Shown: piece after piece, positions 1 through 13,856 of the stretch | Numbering within the stretch: the first letter of the stretch is position 1 | Layout: the number at the start of each line of letters is the position of its first letter | Assembly (NCBI GenBank): GCA_043228905.1 | Contig: JBHGNT010000013.1 | Coordinates: 19,530,001 to 19,594,000 of the forward strand | Direction: 5' to 3' | Source of the DNA: Azolla caroliniana | Taxonomy: Eukaryota > Plantae > Polypodiophyta | DNA: 64,000 nucleotides | Program-made: the position numbers and the translations under genes | The notes under the pieces: model-generated | What the model was told of the DNA's origin: nothing | The model's input: only the letters and a program-made list of their open reading frames with translations | Databases searched by the model: none

Positions 1-619
1 GCCATGAGTATTATTGATGCATTTACCAGGTAGTCTACCTAAGGATTGGGAATGTAGCCAACAAATGACCTTAACATATTGGGAAAAGAATTTGCACAAA
101 TTTGTTTGTGAGAACATGCCTCCCTTGGCCTATTGCTTTAAGGTTTGAGGGAAGCATGTTGTGTGTATACCATGACCTTGATTTAGTGAGAGCATCATCA
201 CCACATCCTTATTCTATAGTTTTCTTGTGATATTTCCTTCTTTACTTTTTTGTGCACTTAGTGAGATGCTCAATACTATGCCCTTTATATGTTTATTATG
301 TCTCTATTGTATTGCAAATTCTTGTGAGAACTTCCCAAAGTCATACACATGTCTTTCACCTTATATGCATCGTAGCCGATTTCACTTTGATAACAATAAT
401 AATCTTGAATGCCTCAACAAATAGATACCTGTCTTTCAAAAAATCAAGAACCATGCAAAGATATTTGATACAACACGTGCATGTCATAGATAAACATAAA
501 ATTGTTGATACACCATGAAGCTTTTAATAAAGCTACACACATGATGTTTGAAAACGTCTAGAAATGAACATGTTTGAAAAGGGAAAAATGCGTGTTCCTT
601 TTATTTTTATTTTTTTTCA

Positions 620-704
620 TTTATTAGTTTTACAAATCTAGCTCATCCTAGTGGTAAGGAGTCATGCTATTGTTGTCTATGTCTTGGGTTTGATTCCAAT
701 TTTT

Positions 705-747
<43 letters not shown>

Positions 748-1300
748 GTACCATGTCATAGCAAAATTTTATGTTAATGTTATTATAGTTTTTTTCTTTT
801 TTTTTTCTCTTCTTATCATTAGAACTAAGTACAATCTAGTGGTGAGTTATTGTGTTATTATTACTTGTGTCTTGGGTCCAATTCCCAACTTTCTCATATC
901 CTCTTATTAGTGTTATGGCAAAATTTTATGTTAGTGTCATGTTCCTTTTTTTCTTTTTCTCTTTCTTTGTTATTAGAAATTAGCTTACCCTAGTGGTAAG
1001 TTGTTATGCTACTACTGCCTATGTCATGGCAAAATTTTATGTTAGTGTCATGTTCCTTTTTTTTCTTTCTTTCTTTCTTTGTTATTAGAAATTAGGTCAC
1101 CCTAGTGGTAAGTTGTTATGCTACTACTGCCTATGTCATTTTTCTTTATATTCTCGAATATACGTTTTATAAGTTTTTGATCATTTCTTTTTTTTCTTTG
1201 TTATTAGAAATTAGTTCACCCTAGTGGTAAGTTGTTAATCTACTATTGCCTATGTCATGTTTTCTTTATATTCTCGAATATACGTTTTATGAGATTTTGA
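620..1300 (+). repeat. Array of ~5 degenerate tRNA-like (SINE-head-like) units
   Basis: Core CTAGTGGT(A/G)AG..ATG(C/T)TA(C/T)T..TG(C/T)CTATGTC recurs near 648, 836, 990, 1102 and 1221. Copy 1 reads TAGCTCATCCTAGTGGTAAGG...GGGTTTGATTCC (A-box/B-box-like) and is followed by (TC)n. Confidence 0.55.
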
Positions 1301-1404
1301 ATGTTTGATTATAATTTATAATGACATATTTTGATTCAATCTCTACAGTTCAAACTCATTTTTTTGTAAAGTTCTAAAGTGAGGATGATAGAGATGTCTT
1401 GATT

Positions 1405-1510
1405 CCTAAGAAGCATCCCAAAAGTATGCATGTGATACAATGCAAATATTGCAACCATACTTATGTTGGTGGTTCACAATGGATTAGAGTCCACTTATTG
1501 GGATTGAGAG
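1405..1510 (+). mobile_element. hAT transposase BED zinc-finger remnant
   Basis: Translates as KKHPKSMHVIQCKYCNHTYVGGSQWIRVHLLGLR, matching the CxxC...GG..R...HL.G pattern of plant hAT transposase N-termini. No further ORF. Confidence 0.6.
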
Positions 1511-1940
1511 TGAATCAATATATAATATACACCATAGTCAATCCAATCCAACTTTGAGATGATTTACCATATGGTTTGATTGAATCATTCTCGAATGCGA
1601 ATGCTCATATGGTTCATTCTATGATCCCAAGTAATTGAGTTCAATTATGGTAATCATTATAAACTGAAACTTAAATGAAATGAAAATATCAATGTAATGA
1701 TTCATAAATGGAATGATTAATGATATAAGACGAGATCCTTCCATCATTCTGTAGTCTGCAGGTTACTAATTATGAACTTGGGCACATTATTTACAGGAAC
1801 AAGTGTGCATGAGACAACACATGGAAATAGTTGTATTTTTTTTACCCGAAGCAAAATATATAAAACTGACACTATCATTTTTATCTATTACATTCGAGCT
1901 CCATGTTCATCTCAACTGAGCAAAATTGTTAACATTCCCC

Positions 1941-2057
1941 TTTCAAAGTTAGAACCACATTTACACAACTGCATCTTTGTTTCAGAGTTTGAACCACATT
2001 TACTCAACTGCATCTCTGTTTCAAAGTTTGAACCACATTTACGCAACTGCATCTTGA
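1941..2057. repeat. 39-bp tandem repeat x3
   Basis: TTTCA(A/G)AGTT(A/T)GAACCACATTTACNCAACTGCATCT repeated three times. Confidence 0.85.
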
Positions 2058-3028
2058 TAACACCCCTCAATTTGAGCTGGAACAAACATTCAAAAAAATA
2101 TCTACATGGTGAAGTGAACCAATTTATTGAATCTCTTCAGAGTAAAGAAAAACATGTCAACTTTGCAGAATATCAAAGAAAAAATGATATATAAGCACAC
2201 ATACATATTTTGATGTACATATAGATAGCCACTGTCAAAAGTGCTGGCCTCAACCACAAACAAGCAGTGGGAACTATTTGGCTAAAGATTTAGTTTTGCA
2301 ATATTTTATATTACTAGCATTAGGTAAAATATTATACAATGAAAAGATCAGTAGATTACATATGTATATACATGCATATATATGATAGGAAACAAGTCCA
2401 AAATACACCCAAGCTTTTATTTCTCAGCCTGAATGCACCTAAATGTCCAGAGTCAACCCCCGAGAACTTCTATGACTGATTCATCCCCTTTTTCTCCACT
2501 ATATGTGCTATTTGATCAATTACACTGTGATTTCACCCTCTTTTTCTCTCTTTGGGGTTGGCGAAGGCCTTTTGGGAAAATAGAAAATCCCAGGGATATG
2601 TCAGAGTTTCTTTATATAAAAATAAACGCTTGAAAAAAACAGAAATACATACCAAATGTATCGTGGAACTCCAAACGCATTGTGTTGATTATTTATTTCA
2701 TCTTCTTGACCAACTCTGTTTTTTCTCAGTGGATTCAACCAAATCCTCCTTTTATTCACTCTATTTGACAGGGACCTATTTTAAATGGCTTCTCCCTGCT
2801 TCATTCACACAAGTAAACTCTAACGCAGAAAAAACTCGGCTCCCATTTCCGCACTTCCAAGGCTGGGATTTCAAGTTATGTCGTACAGATTTTTCAAGCT
2901 CTATTCACTCTCATCCAACCAACAATTATACATTCAATGGTTATTGCCTCTCTTCATGTTGTTATATCATTGGTCTCACCAAATAACAATCAGATATGCC
3001 TTTTCCACTCTGTACAAAAGAATGATGC

Positions 3029-6000
3029 CTACAAGAATCTATACAGCATGCTTTTTCTCGGTGGCACTGCCTCATTTACCAGAGCCTTGTCTGCTTTGGA
3101 GTCACCGATGAGTGTCTTTAATGTCAATGAATTGACCAGCTTATGCAAGTGCGCATTATCGATAAAGATGTCAGTCAACAATTTTCTCATTGTCTTGTAG
3201 CCTTTAACCAACTCACTGTCTGACTCTGCAGTCGTATTGTCATTTTCCTCAGTAATGTCATCAGCATCAGCATCATCTTCCTCTGCAAGAAGTTGTGCCT
3301 AACACAAATAGAGTATGGTTATACTAATCAATATTCAGCCTTTGTAAGCAAAAACTTCTCCTATTTTCCAATCACAAAAATGTAAGTATTAAAAATGGAG
3401 AATATGCTGTGTACAACACATAAACTTCCAACTTGAAGTCAACATCAAGACCAACTCTAGATCTCAGCCATAGGAAAGATACATATTAGGGCCAACCACT
3501 TATTTTACATTCAGCTCCTATTTTCCTCCATTCTAGTAGTGGCAGCAAGCTTGAGCTATTGTAGTGAACATCTCTAATGCAGCGCAAGAACATCAGTCAC
3601 TATAGGACTAGACATAGGCCTGTTTGCACAAATTTGGATAGGTATATCCTATCTAATCTGGATACCTATATTCATGCACAATCTCATTGCTACAGCCTCA
3701 ACACTAGACCCAGGGTGGATATACATGGGTCAAATATCCCTTTGCGCATTTAAATGTTCTCCCTCTTCTTTTCCTCTATTTTAGAGGTAGTGAGGCATCA
3801 TACTGCACATCCCTAGTCCAAGGTACATGCTAGATTCCTAACAAATACCACATTCCAAAAGCCAGATACAAAATTTATGAAACTCTCTCACTTTAGCAAA
3901 ACTATCAAGTCAAATTGTCAGCGAGTGATCTCACTTGGGTAAAAAAGATAAATTCTAAGTAGCCTACCTCTGCTATAAGGAGGCCTATTCGGCTATCTGA
4001 TGTCATGAGCAAATCGGCAGCATCTGTCAAAGCTGCATTGTTGTCAACCTCCCTCGCATCCTCTTTGGCAAGAAAATCAACTGTGCATTGTTGCAGCCTC
4101 TCACGTAAAGCTTCCACTTCATGCAGAATTTTGAGTCTGTTTTCCTTATTTTTCTGATGTGTTTGTAACTTTGCCTGAAATATTCGTTAAAAGAAAGTTA
4201 TTTATTTCCTGCCAAAATCAACATGGGAATGGATTTATATGAATTCTTTGAATGATGCTAAGTTGGGAACTGCCTTTTTCTGATCTGAAAAAATTCATTA
4301 CTAGGGAAACATGAACATCCGACAAAATAACATTTCAAGGCATTATCAGGAGATGATGTGATTCATTATTAGTAAGCCCTCATTGATTAAGGTTTTTTAG
4401 AAGGTGGAAATTTTCTGACTGTTTACAGATTGATTATCATATGTACTTCTCACAGTTGAATCGTACCAACAACAGACTATAGTAAAGTATTATATATCCA
4501 TTAATAATCAAGAGATGAGGGCATAGAGACTTTTCAATAAGGGGTAACTACTACAACTGACTGATTCCTGATAAATGGGAAGTTGCAATTGACATCTAGA
4601 AGATTCTTCAACAACTGCATGTCTCAATATGCATAGAACCCTATGCGTAGCAACTAAAATATTACCTCTAGTTCTGTGTTGGCTTTCAGGGCTGTTTCCA
4701 AATTTTGTTTGAGCTCTGGTTGTGATTTCCGCAATGCTTTGACCTCCTTCACGAGTACCCTTGTCTCAGCCATCGCTTTTGCTCTTATATTATCTCTCTC
4801 AGATTCCACTAATTGAAGTCTCACTTTAATTTCAGATAATGCATTTGTAAGCTTTGTATTTTCAACTTCGACTGCTTGTAGCTGCTCTTCAGTTTGGGAT
4901 TTACTTTCCTGTTATAACAATCACACTCAACAATAGCATATTGAAGATCAGAAATATGTCGTAAAGCTTCTGGCAATAGTCACTCACTTGAGCTAATTTT
5001 GCTTCCTTTTCGGCTCTAGCAAGGGCAACCTTGGACTCTTCAAGCTCCCACTGAAGATTCATGTAACCCTCCCGTTCGATAGCTACTGCATGTTGCAAGC
5101 TTTCCATGCCCTTCTGCTTAACTTTGGAAAGCTCAATTTCAAGGTCTTTGACCTTCAGGACACCATGATTGTTACTCTCTGGAAAGAGGATTCTTTGGAA
5201 TAATTAATTACTAGAATTTACCTTTGCTTGTAGAAACTCCTTTACAGTAGTTTCTTGGTTTAATCGTGCAACCAAATCCTCCACATCTGCTCTTGCTGTA
5301 CTTATTCTCCTATGTAAGTTTGACAAGACCCTTCTAACATTGCCTCTCTGATCAATGGGCAACATAGCGTGTACAGATTTTATTATCTCCACATCAAGGC
5401 TGGGATATCCCTCTGAAACAGAGTCTCTATTATCACTGCCCATAGGTGGAAAAGAGAGTTCACTGCCACTAACATAGCTTAACTCGCTTGTATTACTATC
5501 AATAGAGTTTCTACGCGCATGCCATGAGCTCAACTTTCCAATACCAATGGGAGATGCTATCCCTTCTTGTGTTGTAGTTTGTTCCATCAAGGCAAGATTG
5601 TCTTCTGCCTCTGATAAATCGTTCTCTGATGGTTGAGTGTATATTTCCTTGTCAATGCCTTTCTTAAGCCAAATTTGCAGCTCCTGCTTGTCAGTGTCTT
5701 TCTTGATCGAAGAGCAAATACAAACAGCAAAAATCTAAATCAGTACACAAGGATTTGAATTAAACATAAAAGTAAAAGTCATATCAAAACCATTGTTTCA
5801 TTGATGTTCGTCTAGGTTTAATAGACCATTTTATGACCTAAAATGACCTCCATTCAGTTTTTTATGTTTCCATAGCATCAAGTCATGTGGAAGATAGTAT
5901 GTTAATGTGCATATTTCTGTCCACAGCAAAATGCAAGAATATTCTATAGCTAAAAAACCCATCACCATGTATAATATCATAATTCACATGATGGAATAAC

Positions 6001-9000
6001 GTGCAAAGAAAAAGTAACAGAGGTTTTGACACTTATCACAAATGAAAACTTTTGCTTCCTTAGAAACAGACAATGCTTACAAGGACAGATAGTTTGACAA
6101 AACAAATGTTATATTTTTCTTTATCCGCTTACAGATAAAGGGCACAAAATGTTATAGCTTGCATCCAGCTAAATAGTGTAGAGAATTTTCCCAAGTATTC
6201 TTCACATAACTCACTCACCTGGCATGGCTGTTTTTGCAGCATCATCCAGGTCCAAGAAAGTTGCAATTGGGGCACTTCGTGAAATATCAATATCCTCAAG
6301 AAGTTTAACCATCCACTCCGATAGTGTGATCTTTCGCTGAGAGAGAAAGTTTATGTGAGAAATCATTTAAATTGTCAAGAAACATAGGCATTGTAGCCTG
6401 CAAGCCTGAAGGAACAGATTTTGATTTTCCTACAATATTGCCCCAAACAAAAGCATTTGACAAAGAGAGTAGGGGCTACTCACTCTTTCAATAGACTGCT
6501 TTCATGAAGGAATGAGAAACCCACAGAATGATTGTACCATTCATTCCTCTATCTAATACGACAACAATTCAAATTTATACCTGTTGGAGGTAATATTTGT
6601 TATGGTTTATCTGCCTCAGTGACTTTTTAGGGGGTACCGGAAGTTTTTTCTTTGGAAAGGTCCTTTTCAACTATGAAATTACATCCATAAATTGAGTCAT
6701 AAACACATCCAACAGCTCAAATGGAAACAGCAGACAAATTTGAAGTCACGTGGACATACTGAATCATTTAGTTTCAGAAAGTCACTAAATCGCCTCAATA
6801 TCCCATGAAGTGTGCTCACACCCTCTGGGGACTGAATGCCAACCAGTACCCTGAAAAACTGGATAAAAAAACCTTTCATTAATACTTCAACAACTGCAGT
6901 TTTGACAAACCATATATGACTTCAAACAATCTATATTTTCTCAGCTTTGGGTTTATATATGCAATACCATAGAATGACAGTGGAGGAAAGAAATGAGACA
7001 AAATGTAAAAGAGAGCAAAGCCAAAGAAAGGCTCAAATTGTTATGAGTCTCAAATGCAAGGATCTCGCACACAAAAAGAGGAGAAAGGACAGAGGAAGAA
7101 GATACACAGAGGAAACAAGACGGAACAAAACACAGAGAAGAGTGACAGCACTTTCTTGAGAAACAATCTTCTCAAGTACTTTGGCTATATACTCAGACTG
7201 AGACAAATAAATAAAACATTTACTCCTGTCATGAGAAATGCACAAACAGATAATATGATTTGCATCTCCCAACTTCTTCATGTCAAAAGTTTGACTCAAG
7301 TTTTACGCCTTGTTCTTGAAACCTTTTGCTACGAGATGAACTTTATATTTAGAGGAAGTAATATCATGTGTATTTATACCTGCAAACCCATTTGCATGGC
7401 AATGTTTTCCTACCATTGGTGGACAGAGGAAGTGGAAGAAGAAGAAGAGATGATAATGATCAAGGGCCTGAGCCTCAAGGAGGCAGTGGACGATGGCAAG
7501 GATCCTTCCCTGCCTAAACTCCTGAGCAAGATCAGAGAGAGACGTCCCAATGCTTTATTAGTTCTTACAAGCCTTGGGATGTCTCTCTCTGATCTTCCTT
7601 CTGATCTCATTCGAACTGTTGGACAAGGAAGGATCCATATTTCCATCACAATTATAATGATGATATATTAAAGTTCGGGGGGCAGCATGACATATAGGGA
7701 CAACAACTGTTACAAAGCACTATCCCCAGCAATGTAGGTGGGGGATTTTTAAACTGGTATGATGTGTATTTGGCTGGCTGCATGAAGAGGACTCCATAAA
7801 TGAGGGGCAGTTAGATGGGTATACGCTCCCCTTCTGACCTCCATAAACAACTAATTATACTAGCAATCAACATGACAGTAAATACCCAAATTAGCCTGGG
7901 CTATAAATGTCTCTAACACACCCCAGAACCACTAGTGTGTCCAACAAACGATAAATATAACTGAGAGAGAAGAGTCTTTGGTTCAACAGTTTTGGTGAAG
8001 ATGGTGCATGACTGGGTAGGCTAATCTCCTATCCCCCAGGCTGGCAGTGACAGTTCTTTGGTTCTATCCATGTATTAACAAAACGAAAAACGTACAAGGC
8101 TTTGGGCAGCCTATGAGAGGGTGAGAAGCATCACCAACGGAATGTGAGAGATGGGCTCAAATGCTCATACAACAGAGAAAGTTTAGATGTCTGTTCCTTC
8201 ATAGTTTTTCACCAAAATTGTGATAGAATGTCCGAAATATAATATTGCCACTGAGAAATTTTATAATATTTCTGAATAGTGATATTCTCTCTTTGCTTTT
8301 ATGAGACACTGCACTAACTTCATAAGAGGATGTTGCGCCCACATTTGCAGGAGGGAATGACCATTACTGAACATCATGATCAATGTAGAGGCTGACCCAT
8401 ATTTGACTCAGAGGCATTCTAGTCAACATTAGGAATCTGGGTCCAACAGATAGAGTGGCTACATGAGGGATTCTTATGCATGATATTGCCCTATATGGGA
8501 ACTTAAAATCTAGTCTCTGCAAATAAAGTGGCTAGATAAGGGATTCCCATGCATGGTCTTCTACATATATGGAGGCCTACAATTTATAGGAGACTTCAGA
8601 CATCAGCATAGATTCTTCCTGATTAAACAGCAGAGATTCACAGAGTGAAACTACCGGATGTACCACACAGCATGTTCAGAATTCAGATCATTCGCATCAG
8701 GGAATAAAAATCCAATTATGTCACCTTAGTGTTTACAATCAATGACCCACTAAGTGATTGCTAATCCATACCAATTCAAGGAACTCATCTTTTTTCCAAC
8801 ATTGAGTTGTTTCACAGACCATCACGGCTTTATAACTGAAAACTCAGTGTAAATCATGACTCATGAGCCTTTAAGCCATTCCCATCTTAGTCAATTCAAG
8901 AAATCATCTTTTCATCAGCACTTGTTTTTATAAGCCGATGTTATAGAATTCATTCCTTACGTTGTCAAAAATGAGATTGTAAAGACAGTTTTTAGGAGAG

Positions 9001-10268
9001 AAGTACCAGATAACTGTTAGTGTAATAATCTCAACATCAAAATATGGAATTTAATGAAAAATTCAAACCCAGTGTTTTAGACTTAAACCTGAAACCGTCA
9101 GTTATAAAGCTTTCAAATCTTGATTAGCATGTTGTGTAAGGTCTTGTTTCAATACAAAGCTATATTCTGAGAATCTTGCCTTAGCTTATAAATGGCATCG
9201 TGATTGGGGCCCAAACTGGATAGGCAATATCCAACTTCAGGGATTGTCCAATTGAGAACCATATTATTAAAAAGCAGAAGCTTAACCGACACAATATACA
9301 CTATTTATACATTAAAAATTGGTCATTCTAATCTCCAACGGCTTACATAGTCAAGGCTTCCACAGGATGCTGCATTAAATTTTCTAATAAGTGCATAAAA
9401 GCCATGTTTTCTCATAGTTTCCCTATGGAGAAATCCAACTTTATAACTAAAACAACAATTTCTATCCAATCCATATACCCTTTTTAAAACATGAAAAATG
9501 AGTCATTTATAGATTTTCTTATAATGGATTTCAATTATATAAAGTGGCAATTATGCTCAGCATATTAAAATAGGCTGCTATTACTTTTACACTATTTTTC
9601 CCAAACAACTCTTTAAAATTTAATCTTCAAATATATTTTGAAACTAGGTGTCTTCAAGACCAATAGCTTACCACAGTAGTCTTTGATCTTTCAGAATGGT
9701 CATGTCCAGCAGCCAATTTCGGGTCAGGAATTTCAATCCACGATGGTATCATAACACAGTAGCTCCATCCAAAGGGTGGATCATGAGGCCAGATGGTGCT
9801 TGCTCCAGTCTAAACAAAGAAATCAATGACAAAGAAAATAATAATAATACAAAAACAGCGTAAAAACGAATCACAAAAAAATATTAACAAAATCATATGA
9901 AAGAAGTTATGCATCAAAGGTTCATCCATCATAGTGTTCAATGTGAAACCCAGAATTTTGTGTGATTTGAAAATTCAACGTGATGATAATAATGAAAACT
10001 TCGAGTTTAAAACATTCTAGAACAAAACATGCCTTCAGATTTTGGGCATTTTTTCACTTTGACACAATTTTCTGATTCATGAATAAAAGTCTGTTTGACT
10101 ATTTGCCAAAAAAAACGTTTTTCTTGAACATCAAGATCCCAACAGAGGAAAATAATAATAATATAAAGGAAAAACAGAAAAATAACATACCCAACGAGTA
10201 GGAGCGGGGCTAGCGTCCAATCCCAGGGGTAATGGAGAAGCTCCATCGTGCCGATGTCCACCCATCAT
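3029..10268 (-). CDS. EREX: PX-domain protein, EREX/EREL-like (endosomal RAB5 effector), ~10 exons
   Basis: GT-AG exons 10268-10191, 9809-9672, 6858-6760, 6670-6581, 6336-6219, ~5700-5222 (acceptor uncertain), 5152-4988, 4908-4666, 4174-3968, 3298-3029. Peptides [76 protein letters not shown] and [11 protein letters not shown] match EREX/EREL family motifs. Confidence 0.9.
7155..7330 (-). mobile_element. Ty1/copia reverse transcriptase fragment in PX gene intron 2
   Basis: [44 protein letters not shown] matches the copia RT motif F.MKDLG.A..ILG..I.RDR.....LSQ..YI.KVL. Confidence 0.8.
7500..7636. ncRNA. Candidate MIRNA-like foldback (intronic)
   Basis: AAGATCAGAGAGAGACGTCCCAA (7528-7550) pairs with TTGGGATGTCTCTCTCTGATCTT (7574-7596), 22/23 Watson-Crick. 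Outer stem GGATCCTTCC (7500) / GGAAGGATCC (7627). Confidence 0.4.
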
Positions 10269-11899
10269 GGTGTGAAGCCAGCAGATCCTGATGAACTAAT
10301 GGAGTCGTCTGAATAACTGATCATGGATCGAGAGCTCCGACGATCAAAGAAGAACGAAGGAACAAAGGAGACGCTATTCTCTGAAAAAACAGAGATCGAG
10401 CCAAGTTGAATGCGAACGAGTATATATATATATATATAGATGGCTTCCTTCTTCTTCTTTCTTCTCTATTTTTTTTATCATTAAGTTTATCATTAAGTTG
10501 AATGAGAACAAAGAAGAAGAAGAAGTATATGGCTTCCTTCTTCTTTCTTCTCTATTTTTTTTTATCATTAAGTTTTATCTAATTCTTATTGCTAAAAATT
10601 GTTAATCAAATATATGAAAACTCCCTCCTCTTTTGGGGAGAACACCTATCAAGTTAGTTGCTCTTCATAAAGTAATGAATTACCTACGGAACCATCGGGA
10701 ACTATATCATGTCATGTGTGTCGCCCGCCCGCCTGCTTCCGTCGATTGGTTACTCTCAATGTTTCGACATATGCAGAACTGGAGCATCAGAATGGAAATT
10801 CCTTTCATTTTTTGCCTGAACAACCCTCTCCTTTCCAAGACCTGATCTCTTCTTAGTTTATTTGCATCATTGCTCATATATGTGGAGCTCTTTAGTTGGA
10901 CGGTTGTTCAACCTTCACCCTAAAGCTCAAGGTTTGTCAGAGAGATATTTGATGAACATGGGACAATGGTCACCAACCTTGGTACCCTCAGGTGAGAACC
11001 CCATCTAGTTTCAAATATCTTCGGGTTGATATGGGCCTCCATGGTACTTGCCACATGGAGCTTTGAGACAATGTCAAAAACACAGATTTCTTCTTACGAA
11101 ATTTGCTCTTATTTGCCTAGCATCATTACTTGAAAAAAAAAAACTCTCCAATTGGAAGGTTCTTCATAGATCACAATAGTGTTTGAGCTTACTTTGAGAC
11201 ATTTGATAACATCAAACAATAATCACCAATCTCTAGCAAAGATCATGTCCAACTTCAATGTATGCATTTGAGTTTCAGTGAATTCGTTCAAATGTTGCTT
11301 GGGTGACATTTCCTTCTATGATCTTTCTTCTATACTTGATAATGCATGTGAAAAATTTTATATCTTACACAAGGATGAAAGTATTCCACCTATAACTGAT
11401 GAGGATGATTGAATTGGAAAAGAGTCAAATCATTTTGATGAAGAAGAAGCTAATATTTGTTTCTAGTTTACCATGTACATGTATTTTAGAAGCTCGTTCT
11501 CATACATATATTTATAAATTGTAACATAAACTTAAAAGCATGCCTTGCATTATGAACTTTGAAGTTCTATGGGGGGGAAAAAAAGTGCAATAATGAAGTC
11601 ATGAGAGTTTTACGAATGAAATTATTGAAAACTTTCTTTACTATGCATCATCTTATGTTGCATTATGTCTTCATGAGTTTTTAACTATATTATAACTTCT
11701 AAGTATTGTTGCAGAATGGTTGAATACATTTTTGCTTAAAATTGGCTCCCATGTACCATTTTTCTATATTCTAAGTGTTCTATGATGGTCACTACTAAAA
11801 AAGAACACCAAATTCATTTCCAGAATAAATGTTGCGTATTCCTACTCCCATTGCTGAGTTTATGTCCTCGTTCCAAAAAATACTCATGTTTAGGGCAAC

Positions 11900-12780
11900 A
11901 AGTGATATATATTGAGTGTCTTAGAATCTATAATAAGGAGTTATATCACATACTTATGAGAGAAAACTACATTTCCCCAACACTTGATGATGTTGAGCAA
12001 GTATGCCCAATCTTGCCAACTCTTATACATGATGTGGCTTTTCTAATATTTTAGCATATCGTAAAATCATATATCTCCAAAATAAAGGTTATGCTAGTGA
12101 AGACTTCAAATAACCATACACTATATACATCAATGAACCACTTCAAATTGTAGAAAAGTTCAAATATCTTTGGTCATAAGGTTTCATGTAATCATGGATG
12201 GAATCAATATTTCACACCTTTTGAAGGCAAGTAAGAAGGCTTACTATGCATTGGAGAACATATGCAATTGTGGAGAAATCAAATGTTGTGGGTTTTCAAG
12301 AAATACCTCGGTCCTCTATGACACTTTGGCAACACTAATGCTTCTCTATTGGATTGATGAATGGGCAATACTAAACCTTAACTCAATTCGCAAAGAGTTT
12401 AAAACAGCTTTAAACCACTTAAAAGAAATTCTTTTATCAAGCAACAAACACCATTCGTTACCCTTCTTAAGATCAAATCACTTCACACTAAGATCATGAC
12501 TATGCCATGAAAAGAGGTCCACACCTAAGGTTCAAAAAACCTCACACATCAAACTTCCTAAAATCACATGGGAAGCAAGTAAAAATGGTGAAAGACACAT
12601 ACAAGCAATAGACTTTTGGGTTCCCAATAGATGCAAGATATAAAAACATGGTAAAAACATGGTTTGGAGAATGGAATGTATAACATTTGTTGCATGATGT
12701 GTCGATAAACTCTTCCTTTGAGACTTCTTGCAGAAACTCATGTTCCACATTATATTTACATGTCGCACAACAATCACAAT
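11900..12780 (+). mobile_element. Decayed non-LTR retrotransposon (LINE) RT C-terminal region
   Basis: Frameshifted peptides SKIKVMLVKTS, IVEKFKYL, LKASKKAYYALENICN, LYDTLATLMLLY and LPKITWEASK resemble the post-YADD thumb region of LINE RTs. Confidence 0.65.
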
Positions 12781-13856
12781 GAGTTCGATGGATTGATAAT
12801 CAATTGAAGTCAATGAGTGAGGATATGAATAATATGAGGGAGAGATTGCCCATGACTTGTTTTAAGTGTGTTGGATCCGAATTCTAGGGTTTTCAAGTTG
12901 CAAAAAGTCATATACAGAGTGAGAAGGGGACCACTTGTCTCACATGAGACTGAGAGGTAGCTAGTACTAATTCCTACTAAAGCTCCCTGATGATACAGCT
13001 GGAATGACATGCAAGCAGCACGAATTGTTGAAGTGGCTCAATGCATAACAATCCGTTTGAAAGTGGATAGGATGGATCAACCATGATGAGTTAGAACACT
13101 CACATATGAAAAGGGAGCTGATACTGAAATATTATCAAATAGCCATCATAATGTATTACAAATTTGACTTGAAACACATATTTACATAGTTCCAAAGAGA
13201 ATAAAAGAACATATAAGGCAGTGAATACATGGTGATATATATAGATACAAAGAAATCGAAATGCATACATAGTACATGCACTCCCACATGGCAATGCATA
13301 GATAATTCATACACAAATTGTGTGATACACACAAAAGACAAGCACATAGTGATACACACACATGCAAACACATAGTGATGTGCACGTATAATGATATACA
13401 TACATACATATAGATATTCATTGTGTATAAAAATGCAATGTGCATTCTGAACATGTAGAGACCAATAATAGAACAACTCTAGAAAAAGATAGTAAAAAAG
13501 AAAATACAACCTTCTGAACTACATGGCATGTATGTATGGTTGCCATGGACTGGATTTTAGCCCTCAAAACTTTCACCTGAAAAAACCTTGTGCTTTCTTT
13601 CACTCAGGGGCTAACAGTGTAACACTGAGAATGTAAAGCAAAGCCAGCCAAATGGATGTAAGGGATAAAATTAATCTGATCCGAACCAACCCAGGGCAGC
13701 AAACCTATATTGATTTTGAATTGTCCATAGTTTGTCCATGGTAAAAACATCAAGAGATGGTTAAAACCATATATCCAGACCCAAACATCGGCCTACAGAA
13801 TCCTTTCCGAACTGCCCCAGCACAAGCCTTGGCGTAACCCAATCCGTCCTAACATT

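Noticed and set aside
7465-7492. miR408-like CACTGCCTC on the minus strand
   Set aside because: Only ~9 nt match and no pairing arm found.
7054-7671. 205-aa + strand ORF
   Set aside because: Patchwork of antisense copia sequence, GA-rich tract and the hairpin; no coherent protein features.
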